DNA of 63,217 nucleotides, the filler included, from Salisapilia sapeloensis CBS 127946 (taxonomy: Eukaryota; Protista; Oomycota): the NCBI GenBank assembly GCA_023334545.1. It is 6 parts of 6 records of this genome, joined end to end, with 100 filler letters (N's around TTAATTAATTAA, not from the genome) between each part and the next. Parts side by side here need not be neighbours in the genome. Positions count along the whole stretch, not along the records: positions 30,543 to 36,192 come from JAADVB010000601.1; positions 36,293 to 44,822 come from JAADVB010000487.1; 4 more parts are not named here. One strand, written 5' to 3'. This document shows positions 31,444 through 42,505 of the stretch, piece after piece. Each line of letters opens with the position of its first letter. Position 1 is the stretch's first letter. The notes below the pieces were generated by a model. The model made no database searches. It saw only the letters and a list, made by a program, of their open reading frames with translations, and was not told where the DNA came from. Both the position numbers and the translations under genes were made by a program.

Positions 31444-34440
31444 ATGTATTTTCGAGATCCGAATAAGAAGCTATGGGAGTATGCAAAGAAAGGAGATGAA
31501 AAAGGCGTTCGCAATATGATTAGAAAAGGTGGAGTTGTGAACTGGATCAATGAAGCGGACAAGTCGTCCACACCATTGCTAAAAGCTGTGGAAAGAGGCA
31601 AGTTAGAAGTTGTCAAGCTGCTGTTGGAAAAAGGAGCGGAGGTGAGCGCGAGGAATGCCCAGCAAGACACTTCACTGCATGTGGCGGTTATGCTGGAAAA
31701 TAAGGATATGTCAGAGTTGTTATTGGACAACAAAGCTGATGTGAACGCGGCGGGTGCTAAGAATAATACTCCACTTCACAATGCTATTATGATCGGAAAC
31801 GTGGATGTCGCAAGGCTGTTGTTAGACAAAGCAGCAAATGTAGACGCAAGGAATGCTAAGATGGAGACTCCACTTCATATTGCTGCCCGAGGAACGGAGA
31901 TCAAGGCAGCAGATGTATTGGTACGATATGGGGCGAATGTAAACGCGAGGATTGATAACAGTGAGATTTATTTCGAGAGTGATACTGAACGAGAGATAGT
32001 GAACACTGTGAGATCACGAATCGGTGAGAATGCAAGAATATATTGTCGGCTCAGGTATTATTGTACGCCACTGCAAGATGCTGTGTACTTTGCCCGTGCC
32101 GAATTTGCTCTCTTACTCCTCGAAAATGGGGCCGATGTCTCAATATCGAACAAACTTCGTCAAACAGTTTTACATAGTGCTGTTGATGCTGCACATTATG
32201 AAGCTTTTAATCTGTTGGTGGAATATGGAGCAGATATCCATGCTTTGGACGTGGAAGACAAATCGCCACTTTACTACGCCATCTTTCAAGGCATCAAAAC
32301 GGGTAAGGATGAGGTGGCTTTATACCTTTTAGCCCATGGCGCCTCAATTCAGTATAAAAACGATGTTGGTCAAACGCTTTTATGCGAAGCAATTAAGTCC
32401 CAATCGGAATCGAATGCTCATGCATTATTAAAGCATGGAGCGAATCCAAATGAAACTGTGGAGTATAAACCTGTAACACGCTATGCCTCCGAAAGCTCAA
32501 TCGCCGACAATTTGGTACCTGTTGTAACTTCGTTTACAAATTTGGAAAATGCGATAGACAGTCAAGATGGAGAGATTGTGCAAGGCTATTTACGTCAGTC
32601 AATAGTTAACAGATCAGAGGACGATATGAAAGAAAAATACAAAGAGGTTAAAAGTGCTACATGTCCTCTCAATGACTCCAAATGGAAAAGCACACTCGAA
32701 TCCGTCCTGAATGATCACAAAGTCGAAATGTTATACTTTGCATTTGTGACGGATGACACAGACAAGAGAGACGCCATCATCGGTTGGATCGACAAAGACA
32801 AGAAGTGGATTCAGAACGCAAAATTTTCAGATGGATCGACATTGATGCAGCGTGCTGTCAAATTTCAGAATATGGCTGCACTGGGGCACATGATATGCTA
32901 CGGAATTGAACCCTACGAAGCTTGCAATCACAACCTGTTGGTCTCGGAAACAGCAGAAAACGAGAAGCTCAAGGAGAAAACACGAGACAAGATTTTGGAG
33001 ACCATGAAAACTGAATACACAAAATATGCTCGGACTTTAATTGGAAGTGAAGACGTTACAAATCTCAGCCATGACGAGTTGATCAAGTTGGCACTCTTCT
33101 ACTCAACATGTATGACTGAAGTCATTCTTGTCATGAATTTTGCTGTTTGCTATATAAAGGGAAAGAAACTTATACAGCTTATTCCGGAAGGTTTAGAGAT
33201 GAGTACTCGTCGCCGCTTTGTCTACGAAAACAACGACCGAAAGCTGTTCACCAATCTCATAGCAAAATTGGAAAAGCAAAAGTTACTTGATTATGAAAAC
33301 CTGCTTAATTTTCAGGCAGAAATGACTAAAGTGAACACGGAGAATTCAGATTGGGTATGCCGCATGAAAGCTACAATTAAGAAGCTCGACATAGGTCTAA
33401 GTGCCACTAAAAGAGATATCCAGACATTCCGGGACAACTTTAATGCACTGGTCGCAGCTCTGAACGAAAAGGAAGAACGGGAAGTTCGGAATAAGAAGAT
33501 CCGACTGGCAATATCTTTTACTTGCATCTCCCTTGTTCTGGTCGGAGGTCCTATAATTAAAGAGCTGTTAGAGGCCGTAGTGTTCGTGAATGATCCGACA
33601 CATGTACTCACGGCCATGCAAGACATTGGAGAGGGGGTCGTAAAAGATTTCCTTATTAATGAAGGGATAAAACACGTGCTTGAAGAGGCTTGTATTCGTC
33701 CCGATGATTTTGTGGCGAATTTGCGAAGCGCTGAAATCAAATTAAATACTGAAAGTGAGTTTTGCTTTTCTAAAGCAATACCCGATGAGGATGATGTACA
33801 CAGTGGCAATACGAGCAGCATTTGTTCAAGCACAGCCGAAGAGCAATCCGAGAGCATGAATAAAAAAGATGATAAAGATAACTCTTCTACCAAAGATTGC
33901 CAATCGAAAGTTAAGGACTTAACATCGGAAAACAAAGCGTCTAACCATGAAGACATGGAGATTGATCTGGAAGTGAACCCATTATCTACACCTGATGCTG
34001 ATAATACTATGCCAGAAGAACGAGTCACAAGAGAAGAAATGAAAGACGAGAGCGATGATTATGGAAGTACTGATACACACGCAGTGACCGTGTTGCCTAC
34101 CTTTGTAGATGCATCAAAAATTACCAAAAAAAATTACCGATCGCATCCATTCCACGAAGCTGTGCTTAAGAGCGCAGGTGACAAGAAACAATTTGCCGAA
34201 TATGCAGAATCGATTGTAGCAGACGGTTTCAGCATAAATGATACAATGCGGGTCACAGTGCGCGAAGACCTTTCTGAAGATTGGGAAGAGAAGGAGTGCT
34301 CGGCAGCGATTTTCGCGTCCTATCTGGGATACAGAAATGTCGTCAATTGGTTTTTTGAGCAAGATGACTTTCAAAAAATTGAGGCAACTTTTACGACTAA
34401 TTGCCGTTTAGATCAGGTCGCTGACGTGTTTCAAAAGTAG
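31444..34440 (+). CDS. Ankyrin-repeat protein with coiled coil, hydrophobic hairpin and C-terminal ankyrin-like module (about 998 aa, single exon)
   Basis: About 9 ankyrin repeats (TPLLKAV, TSLHVAV, TPLHNAI, TPLHIAA, TPLQDAV, SPLYYA). Then a helical region, a coiled coil (MKATIKKLDIGLSATKRDIQTFRDNFNALVAALNEKEERE), a hydrophobic segment IRLAISFTCISLVLVGGPIIKELLEAVV, an acidic linker and an HPFHEAV..SAAIFASYLG module. Confidence 0.9.
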   Translation: MYFRDPNKKLWEYAKKGDEKGVRNMIRKGGVVNWINEADKSSTPLLKAVERGKLEVVKLLLEKGAEVSARNAQQDTSLHVAVMLENKDMSELLLDNKADVNAAGAKNNTPLHNAIMIGNVDVARLLLDKAANVDARNAKMETPLHIAARGTEIKAADVLVRYGANVNARIDNSEIYFESDTEREIVNTVRSRIGENARIYCRLRYYCTPLQDAVYFARAEFALLLLENGADVSISNKLRQTVLHSAVDAAHYEAFNLLVEYGADIHALDVEDKSPLYYAIFQGIKTGKDEVALYLLAHGASIQYKNDVGQTLLCEAIKSQSESNAHALLKHGANPNETVEYKPVTRYASESSIADNLVPVVTSFTNLENAIDSQDGEIVQGYLRQSIVNRSEDDMKEKYKEVKSATCPLNDSKWKSTLESVLNDHKVEMLYFAFVTDDTDKRDAIIGWIDKDKKWIQNAKFSDGSTLMQRAVKFQNMAALGHMICYGIEPYEACNHNLLVSETAENEKLKEKTRDKILETMKTEYTKYARTLIGSEDVTNLSHDELIKLALFYSTCMTEVILVMNFAVCYIKGKKLIQLIPEGLEMSTRRRFVYENNDRKLFTNLIAKLEKQKLLDYENLLNFQAEMTKVNTENSDWVCRMKATIKKLDIGLSATKRDIQTFRDNFNALVAALNEKEEREVRNKKIRLAISFTCISLVLVGGPIIKELLEAVVFVNDPTHVLTAMQDIGEGVVKDFLINEGIKHVLEEACIRPDDFVANLRSAEIKLNTESEFCFSKAIPDEDDVHSGNTSSICSSTAEEQSESMNKKDDKDNSSTKDCQSKVKDLTSENKASNHEDMEIDLEVNPLSTPDADNTMPEERVTREEMKDESDDYGSTDTHAVTVLPTFVDASKITKKNYRSHPFHEAVLKSAGDKKQFAEYAESIVADGFSINDTMRVTVREDLSEDWEEKECSAAIFASYLGYRNVVNWFFEQDDFQKIEATFTTNCRLDQVADVFQK

Positions 34441-34625
34441 TCGATGGATACTGTGAACGATGTAAATGAAATAAACTTTGTAGTATGTTGCGTTATGTCT
34501 ATTTTGAACTAACGTAGCGGTCAATACTATGCAACGTATGAAAGAGGTAAACCATGAATCCTTTTTATCGTAGTGATGCAATAGAGTTGTATTTCTCCTC
34601 TTTTGTTACCAAGCTGTGTCATGTA

Positions 34626-36192
34626 CTACCAAGTGTACCGATTATTTGTCGTGGAGTCTCTAGCTTCTGAATGTTCATCGACGACAAGCATGTCGGAGTC
34701 ACCTTCAGCTTTTGACTCTTCATCTTCATCGACAAACATACCTGAATCACCCCTGGTAACCAACGACACTCGCAAAGAAATAGTGCAGTCTAGGGTCGAT
34801 GCTAGCACCCTCTGTTCCATCCATTCCTCCATTAGACTTAATGGAACAGTAAAATCCGTTTCCTTCGCTTTTGTCAAATATTCTTCAGGTGTTATATTCA
34901 CCTGGGCTAACTTCTCATCACTCACTTCTCGAGCGTCGTAGACTTGTACATTGATAGTGTCATAGTGGTTGTCCTCGATCTCGAAAGTAAACGTATCGAT
35001 TAAATCCTTTCCATCCCAACTTGGATCAGAAGTGAGATGATCGATAACACTACTCACATAAGCGACCCTTTCCACTTCAATTCTCACGTAGGCTCGAGAA
35101 GAAGGAAGATTGGAAGCACGGAACAGCTTCACTTCCAAATCAAACGGCTTTAATTCGACGTTGGAAGTTGACGATTGATAGTCAGATTCTCTAAATAACG
35201 AAGCCGCCTCAATCGTAGAATCAATACTCCTGTCACATTCCACAACTCTAATTGGGTTGGCAAGAACGTTCTCGCTTGACCATGAACCTTCCACCGATGC
35301 GATGGAGATCGTATGCTTGAGCTTGGCTTCGCTTGGATTGCTATGCGAAATTCGCGCGACTTGGATTTTACCCTTTAGCTGTCTTGTTTCCAGTTCGTCG
35401 AGTATCTTTATTACTCGTGAAAGGCCAAGCCGTTTGCAAGCGTATGGGTCGCACATTCCCTTAATCAACTCCCACACGTCATCGATAATATTCGCAGGAC
35501 GTGGTGGTAGTTCATGGGCGAGGATTAATTTGCAAATGTCGTGCTCCATCAATTCATTCCAAGGAACCTCCTGAGCAATCACTTCGTAAAAGCACATGCC
35601 AAGGGAAAAGATGTCGGACTCTAGTGGAACGTTATCAGCGACGCCTTTTTCAGACAGAAGCGCTGGCGGTTTCCAGCGCACACTGTTTCCAGACGGCTGG
35701 CGGCTGATGGATATCGCCTCATTCTTTATGTGGCTGTATCCAAAGTCCGAGATCTTGACTGTCTCGTCGTCGCCCACGAGAATGTTACTTCCCTTTAAAT
35801 CACCATGGACAACGCCGTTGCTGTGGAGGTGATTGAGTCCATTCGCAGCACCACGAAATAGCCTGAATATCATTCCCTTTTTTCCAGCTTTACTAAAGTA
35901 CTCCGAAAAATTTCCGTTGGAAGCGTATTCACAGACAAAGAAGAGCGGCTTCCGTACATCGCAGACACCCAGCAACTTCAATACGTTTTCGTGATGATGA
36001 ATCTTTCGCCACTTGTATGCCTCCTTCAGAAGAGACCGTTGCGTTAGCTTGCTATCTTGGAACAGTTGCTTGATCACCACGCTTGAATCTTTAAAATTCC
36101 AGTTGCCTTTGTACACCTCTCCATAGGATCCTGCTCCGAGGAAACCACCGCGTTTTTCTATCATCACATCTTCTCGAGGAATGTACCAGCTA
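34626..36192 (-). CDS. TKL-group protein kinase with C-terminal C2 domain (5' end lost in gap)
   Basis: WYIPREDV, GAGSYGEV, VVIK, HGDLKGSNILV, DFG, DIFSLG. C2-like: LEVKLFRASNLP..AYVRIE..DPSWD..FTF..INVQVYD..DEKLAQVNI. Confidence 0.88.
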
Positions 36193-36292
36193 NNNNNNNN
36201 NNNNNNNNNNNNNNNNNNNNNNNNNNNNNNNNNNNNTTAATTAATTAANNNNNNNNNNNNNNNNNNNNNNNNNNNNNNNNNNNNNNNNNNNN
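36193..36292. other. Assembly gap with six-frame-stop linker
   Basis: N-run, TTAATTAATTAA, N-run. Confidence 0.99.
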
Positions 36293-36895
36293 AACCTCGC
36301 CAATGTCGATGGTTTGACGCACGGGGTCGGTGGTGCGCTCGGCGATGTAGGCAACCTCGCCAATGTCGGTGGTTTGACGCACGGAGTCGGCGGTGCACTC
36401 GGAGATGTGAACAACTTAGCGAATGTCGGTGGTTTGACTCACGGAGTGGGCGGCGCGCTTGGAGGTGTAGGCAACTTGGCTAACGTCGGCGGTCTGACGC
36501 ATGGAATCGGTGGTGCACTTGGAGGTCTCAACAACTTGGTTGATGGTCATGGTGCCTACGAAGCCAATGCCGATGCGGACACAAATGCTGATGCAGACGG
36601 TGTTGCATACCTTGCGACTGATAACGCACACCACGGTGCTGATGTCGATGCCGGTGCGAACGTCGGTGCCGATGCAAATGTCGGTGCTGGTATCGATGCT
36701 GGTGCGAATGTCGATGCCGATGCAAATGTCGGTGCTGATGTCGGTGCCGGTGCGAACGTCGATGCCGATGCTGGTGTCAACGTTGATGCCAATGCTGACG
36801 TTGATGCAAATGTCGATGCCACCGTCGACGCAGAAGTTTCCAACCATCAAGAGGCCAATCTGGAGGCGGCGAAGAGCGCGGACTGTGACGAGTAG
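36293..36895 (+). CDS. Low-complexity tandem-repeat protein, 5' truncated
   Basis: Four 60-bp/20-aa repeats NLANVGGLTHGVGGALGDVG (36293-36532), then Ala/Asp/Val/Asn/Gly repeats (DAGANVGADANVGA..), ending ADCDE*. Confidence 0.8.
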   Translation, partial: NLANVDGLTHGVGGALGDVGNLANVGGLTHGVGGALGDVNNLANVGGLTHGVGGALGGVGNLANVGGLTHGIGGALGGLNNLVDGHGAYEANADADTNADADGVAYLATDNAHHGADVDAGANVGADANVGAGIDAGANVDADANVGADVGAGANVDADAGVNVDANADVDANVDATVDAEVSNHQEANLEAAKSADCDE

Positions 36896-38103
36896 AGGGC
36901 CATCAGAGCCTCTGCTTTATTTCACACAAATGAAAATGTTCTAGACGTGCAATAGATGATGAGTACACAAGCAGAGATACTAAGCCAAAGGCCGATATGG
37001 AGGTGAAGAGCTTTGCTTGTGACGAGCAAGAACGAAAGAAGATCTTGCACATCGTGTATTGAAAATAAAAAAGTTTGTCTCTTAAGTGATCGTCTGGTTT
37101 ATCTTTATCTACTCGAACGCCCAGATAACATTCCCACGCTCACACATACGCACAGACGTCCATTGGCGGAATGGAAACTTCGAACGCCAAATATTATTGT
37201 AAATTATCCGTAGCTTCGGCGAGATGTGGGTAGTTTGTTGAGCCTGTCCAGTCAAGGAGCAGGCAACATAGCCCTTCCTTTTGGATACTCTGTTCATAAC
37301 AGCTAGATTGGACTAGAATGCTACGGACCTAGAATTCGTAACTCTGAAACGGGCAGTAGTCTGTCTACCTATATATCCCATGAAGTATTTAACGGTAGGA
37401 TTCGTGCTTTCCAATCAACCTGTAGATGCAAAAGGGCAATAGTAGTACAGACTTAACGCTTATGCTGCCAACAGACTTACATTTCATGCCCTCGATACAG
37501 AGATGCTAGTTGTATAATTAACGACGGTAAGGACAAAGTCAAAGGATAATACAACATGTAGGCTATAGTGCAGTATAAATGTTAAAGGAGCTTGCTTGTC
37601 AATCACTTTGCCAGCCGAGCTATAATTAATCCGAGCTTGATACAAGTACGATTTGAAGGATGATCACAACCAATACCCTGAAATTCGATTGAGATAAACA
37701 TAATATTTTCTATGATTGATGCTACGGATAACATTTCTAGCCGATGATACACAAAATTGCTATGTACCTCGAGACTTCATTTGCATTTAGCTTGTCAGCA
37801 ACAACACTCACACAACACTACCACATGCAACTTCTACTCATGCCGAATACTGATACTATACATTCCATTTACTCTAGCACTTTCATGTACAAAACGAAAC
37901 CAATAAGAGATACACACAAGGACGTCTCGAATAAGATGTTCATCATCTGCGTCCGTCATTGATATTCCATTCTTTTCATTTTCATCCAATTAAAGATCTC
38001 AATTCTACCTTTTTTCCACCAATCTAACCCAAGAAAACCCGGACCAACAAAATCACAAGCTAAGCTCCTCTTCCAAAGCACAAGTGACGAGAACGCGAGT
38101 ACC

Positions 38104-38241
38104 ATGTTTATGCTCAAGAAGAAGAAGCAGCCTGCCGATACGGCCAAGCAGATGAAGGTCGTCGCATGGGAGCTTACGAAAGTGGCCGGTTTCTTCGTCG
38201 CCTTCCGCGCCGCTTCGGTCTACATGAACCGCGAGGCATAA
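38104..38241 (+). CDS. 45-aa micro-protein, Tom5-like mitochondrial import receptor subunit candidate
   Basis: accATG context; MFMLKKKKQPADTAKQMKVVAWELTKVAGFFVAFRAASVYMNREA*. Codons are GC3-rich like the neighbouring cytochrome c1 gene. It falls below the 60-aa cutoff of the ORF track. Confidence 0.6.
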   Translation: MFMLKKKKQPADTAKQMKVVAWELTKVAGFFVAFRAASVYMNREA

Positions 38242-38369
38242 TTCGCATGCGAACGCCTAATTTCTAGATAAACAGCTCGTCGATATGTCCTAAACGACAG
38301 TCCACGACCATTCGAATCCCACACCTTTTTCCTCAAAATATGAAAGCTCTATTAGTTCCTTTTACAAAG

Positions 38370-39539
38370 CTATTCCATCGCTTCATCCTCCTGTTCGCCA
38401 CTACCAAACGCTTCCAATGCCGTCGTACACTTTTCCATCAACACATTCAGTGCCTCCGGTAGTAGCTCTTCTGGCTTAAGCATCCCAACGGCCTCAATGC
38501 TAAAGATAAAGTGGTCTCGCTTCCGTCCAAGCGCGATTTTCGCATCCCAACCAGGCTCACGAATGCACTCGCGACACATTGTACACGCCCGCGCGTCCTT
38601 GACGACCGCTTGCTTCGAGCTACCGATATCTTCAATGTCGAATACGCCCATTGGACACTTTTCCACCAATGTCTGTGCGTCTGTGCCTTCAACGGGTTCC
38701 TTGAATTCAATATGAGGAAGTAGACGGTAGGAAGCCGTGGCAACAGGTGAGAACTTGGCGTGGTCTTTACCGACACCCTTACGGCAATGAGCCTCCAAGG
38801 CAATAGTCTGTCCTGGTCGGAGCTTGGCGAGGAGAATGTCCTCGTGTACCGGCCGAATGGATCCAAAGCGTTCGACTTGGTTCCCTTGCGGTACCCATTC
38901 GAGATCACTTGAATAAACTATAGTCGTGTGAGCAAAGAAAAGAAAAAGAGAATCAGAAAAAGTGGGTACCGGAAGCGTGGATGGCCTTGGTCGGGTCTTT
39001 CGGATGTTCAGGGTCATACCGGCATGTGACATCCAGTTTGAATACGATCGTGTTCTCATCTGTTGCTTCGGCATCTTCTCCTTCTATTATATAGATTAAG
39101 TCCATTGATATAATCTGTATAAAATGAATAAACAAAGGTACCTGGGAAGGCTTCAAATTCCCTTGGATCGACATTTAATGGAATGAGACCGAGTCGATGG
39201 GCAAAGACCTCGTCCTGGATAATACTCGAATTGTTCCAAATGTATACATTTTCAATGGCCATGGTCGGAATCTCCGATAATAGAATACGTCGAAGCGCAT
39301 TGGCAATCGACGCATCGACACCAGTCAAGTCAAAGACGATTTCATCGTCCGACAGACTCTGAATCTGGACCTGCATTTTGTTTTTAAAATTCTCGACAAA
39401 GTCATAGCTCGCATCCAAATCTCGGTCTGGCTGTAGCACTCTTGTTAATACCTCTCTAGTAGATACAATTGATACCAATGGAGATACATACAAGATGAGG
39501 CTGGTCCAGTCCAACTCGCACCACGTCCGACTTCGCCAT
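38370..39539 (-). CDS. POLR1C: RNA polymerase I/III shared subunit AC40
   Basis: Spliced MAKSDVVRVGLDQPHL/PDRD.., FDLTGVDASIANALRRILLSEIPTMAIE, DEVFAHRLGLIP, LLAKLRPGQ, KGVGKDHAKFSPVATASYRLLP, CP..VFDIED, CTMCREC. Confidence 0.96.
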
Positions 39540-40006
39540 CTCAAGTCGAAAAACCCTTTACAAAATGTGACTGGTTTAGCGTCCAAGCCTCGGTCCATAC
39601 AAACATCAAGACACCACCAGCCGCCACAATTTATCCGCCACACTTGCATAAAGTATACCACCAAAATGTACCTATCTTGAACCACTCTCTTTCGCTTTCT
39701 TTCCTTCTCTTACTTCCGAACGCCATCCACCATCTCTTCTACTCAGTTTCACTATACTACACCGAATATCCTATATCCACCCCTTTCTTTCTTGCATAAA
39801 CTCTTAGTATAGACATTTGCTTTATTAAAGTGGTAGATAGACGAGTACGTCTACTACCATTTCTCTTTTTCTTTCATGCAGGTGCCTTGTGCCTATACAA
39901 ATACCAAGATAGATAAAAAGAAAAGATAATGAAGGATGAGTCCGACGTTGTTGTAAAAAGGAGCTTTCGCCTGTTTTATCCAAGCAAACAATCAATTGTC
40001 CTTCTT

Positions 40007-40928
40007 CTACTTGGTGTACGTAATCTTGCGCGTTTTCAATGGCGCCCACTTGACACGCTTGTAGTATCCGGTCAACAAGATCGTCACGGCGAGTGCAGAC
40101 AGGACCTTGAAACCCATCTTCTTACGGTCATCATGCTCCGGCTCGGCGGCCCATGCCAAGAACACAGACACATCCTTGGCCATCTGAGAGGTCGTCGCCG
40201 GCGTGCCGTCCTCATACTCCAACTGACCGTCGTTTAGCTGTCGGTCCATGGCAATGGCACCACCAGAAAAGTACGGGTTGTAGTAGAGACCTGGCAGGAG
40301 CTCCTTGCCCTCTGGCGGGTCGACGTATCCGGTCAAGAGCGCGAAAATGTAGTCCGGACCTCCGTGTCGAGACTTGGTGATAAGCGAGAGATCAGGCGGG
40401 ACGGCACCATTGTTCGCCATCGCCGCTTCTTCCTCGTTTGCGTACGGTCCAGGCAAGTGATCTGAAAGTTTCGCCGGACGCTCAAACATCTCTCCTTCAT
40501 CGTTAGGTCCATCCTCGACCTCAATTTCTTCCGCAATCGCCTTCATCTGCTCTTCCGTGTGGGTCACACCGACCAAGTTACGGAAGCAAATGCGCTCAAG
40601 GCTGTGGCAAGTCGCGCAGACTTCACGATACACCTGGTAGCCTCGACGGACACTGGCGTAGTCAAAGGACGAAAGCGGACCTTGGTGGTCAAAGCCGTAG
40701 GAAAGTGGCTCGATCTGGTCTTCATTAAAGGACGTGACGCCCGTCAAGACGGACGCGCCAACGGCTGCACCAGCGCCAACCTAGTGACATATTCCATGAG
40801 TATTCTGGTGGTCCAATACATTATTCCACACATTTGGTCGTGATACGACGGTAATGGATTATATATATCCAAAGGAAAGTCAAGTGTACCTTGGCAGCGT
40901 GCTTAAAAAGCTGAGGCACGCGGTTCAT
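40007..40928 (-). CDS. CYC1: Cytochrome c1, mitochondrial complex III (one intron about 40782-40889)
   Basis: FDYASVRRGYQVYREVCATCHS (CxxCH), PPDLSLI, YYNPYF.GGAIAM, QMAKDV..FL.WAAEPEHDDRKKMG, C-terminal TM. Exon 1 encodes MNRVPQLFKHAAK. Confidence 0.98.
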
Positions 40929-42129
40929 GGTCGATGGATCCGAGGGAGGTGGAACGTACCGTCCGAAAAATGGTTTTTAGGCTGAGCGGTTCACGGCCGC
41001 CCATTTCAGTGTCTCTTAGAAGATAATAGGTTGGGTATATACGGAACTGGACAACATGGACATGTTGGAAACGAGATGCATTTCTATATCTCTTGATCGG
41101 CTCATTTGTATGTGTCTATAGATAGATATTGGAGTCTGGTGGACGTAATGATCGAGACGTTGGGGTGGGTGGGAATGTATGTTTGTTTATCGTCGTGACC
41201 GTGGAATGGATAGGAGAGATGTTTGGAATGTTGAAAAACCACCGGGATGGGATCAGACCGACGGGATAAATGTATGTGGAAGATGGGTGGTATTTTGTGA
41301 TGGTTGTTGCAATTGTAATGCGATGGAGGTGAGGTTTTAAGAGCTCTTTTTTGGTAGGATGAATAAAGTTGTGCGCCGTAATTGATGTTGATTAGTCTAG
41401 AGGGACTACTGACGATGCTACTTTTGTTTATTTGTATTTGCACGTACATCTCGTGTAAATTCTCCAAAGTTTTAGATCGAAAACAATAGCCTAGGAAACA
41501 CGGAGGGCTCTCGGATCTTTGTTGGAAAGTCTCGTGCATTGGCGAACGCAAGAGTCCGTAAGTTGCTGGTGCTTTGGTTGTCATGGACCTCTACACACTC
41601 TTCTTGACAGCACAGATGAATAAATGCAAAATAAAGTTGTAAAAAGGTGACTTCAATCAGGAAATTTGACAGGAGATGATATAAAGTGGTCGAAACACGC
41701 AAAAATGAGAACAAAAAGATGATAAAGCAGGGACATAGCTATCAAAGCGGTAGCCCCCACCGAAGTTGGTGGGTGTCTATCGGGTGAATAGCCTTCATTA
41801 ACCACCAATTAGCATACTTTGTGCTTAGCAGTGAAAATGATGAGTGCTGAGTTGATGGACTAGGCGTTACCCTCGGAAGAGTCGAACGTGATGGTGCCTA
41901 TCCTTTGCCCGCATGTATTGATTAAACCAAAGAAAGCAATAAAGCCGTGTTTACACTGAATGACGCTTCACTAAAATTGTGGATTCGCTTCTCATAATTT
42001 TATTCGTGATAATTGAATCGACAAACCTTGCGCTCGTTGAGAATTGCCGACTTTGCTTTGCCACTTGTCATTAAAAACCTGGAGTAGCACTTCTATACAG
42101 CTTTCCTGCCAAACTAGGAGTGCAAGAGC

Positions 42130-42505
42130 AAGTGATTGTTCCTCTTTGATGCAATCATGAGGAAACCATCTTGGATAAGATTTTAAGTCACGCCTGGTGC
42201 TCGACATGTGCACATTTGAAAAAGCGCGCAAAACAGTCGCTCGACTTGGTGAGCTCTTCGCTATTATTTCGGAACGAGCGGAGCACAGTGGTGGATGAAA
42301 TAGTTGGTCGATATTTGAGACGCACACTGTACTGCGTCCCACTGAAATGGAGAAGAGGTCACTATCGCAAGTAAATCGAATACAACTTCAACCTGAACGG
42401 CTTTGAGGATATGCTCGACACTATTCCATTCCAAAGCATGACAGAGGAATGGAAAGGTAAATAACGAGGTAAGAATAGGACGAACTGCTAAAGACTCAGG
42501 CATTG
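42130..42505 (+). repeat. Dispersed degenerate repeat, copy 2
   Basis: Aligns to 29300-29725 (inverted) and 52383-52650. Confidence 0.85.

Noticed and set aside
36293-36532. 60-bp tandem array as a CRISPR-like array
   Set aside because: No unique spacers; the units are in-frame coding repeats with synonymous variation in a eukaryotic gene.
41500-41680. Possible Tc1/IS630 transposase remnant (SV.W..F..HG.L.FL..QMN-like, across frames)
   Set aside because: Needs several frameshifts to assemble; too weak to call without a profile search.
41836-41852. ATGATGA...CTGA as C/D-box snoRNA motifs
   Set aside because: The boxes are only a few bases apart, with no terminal stem or guide region.
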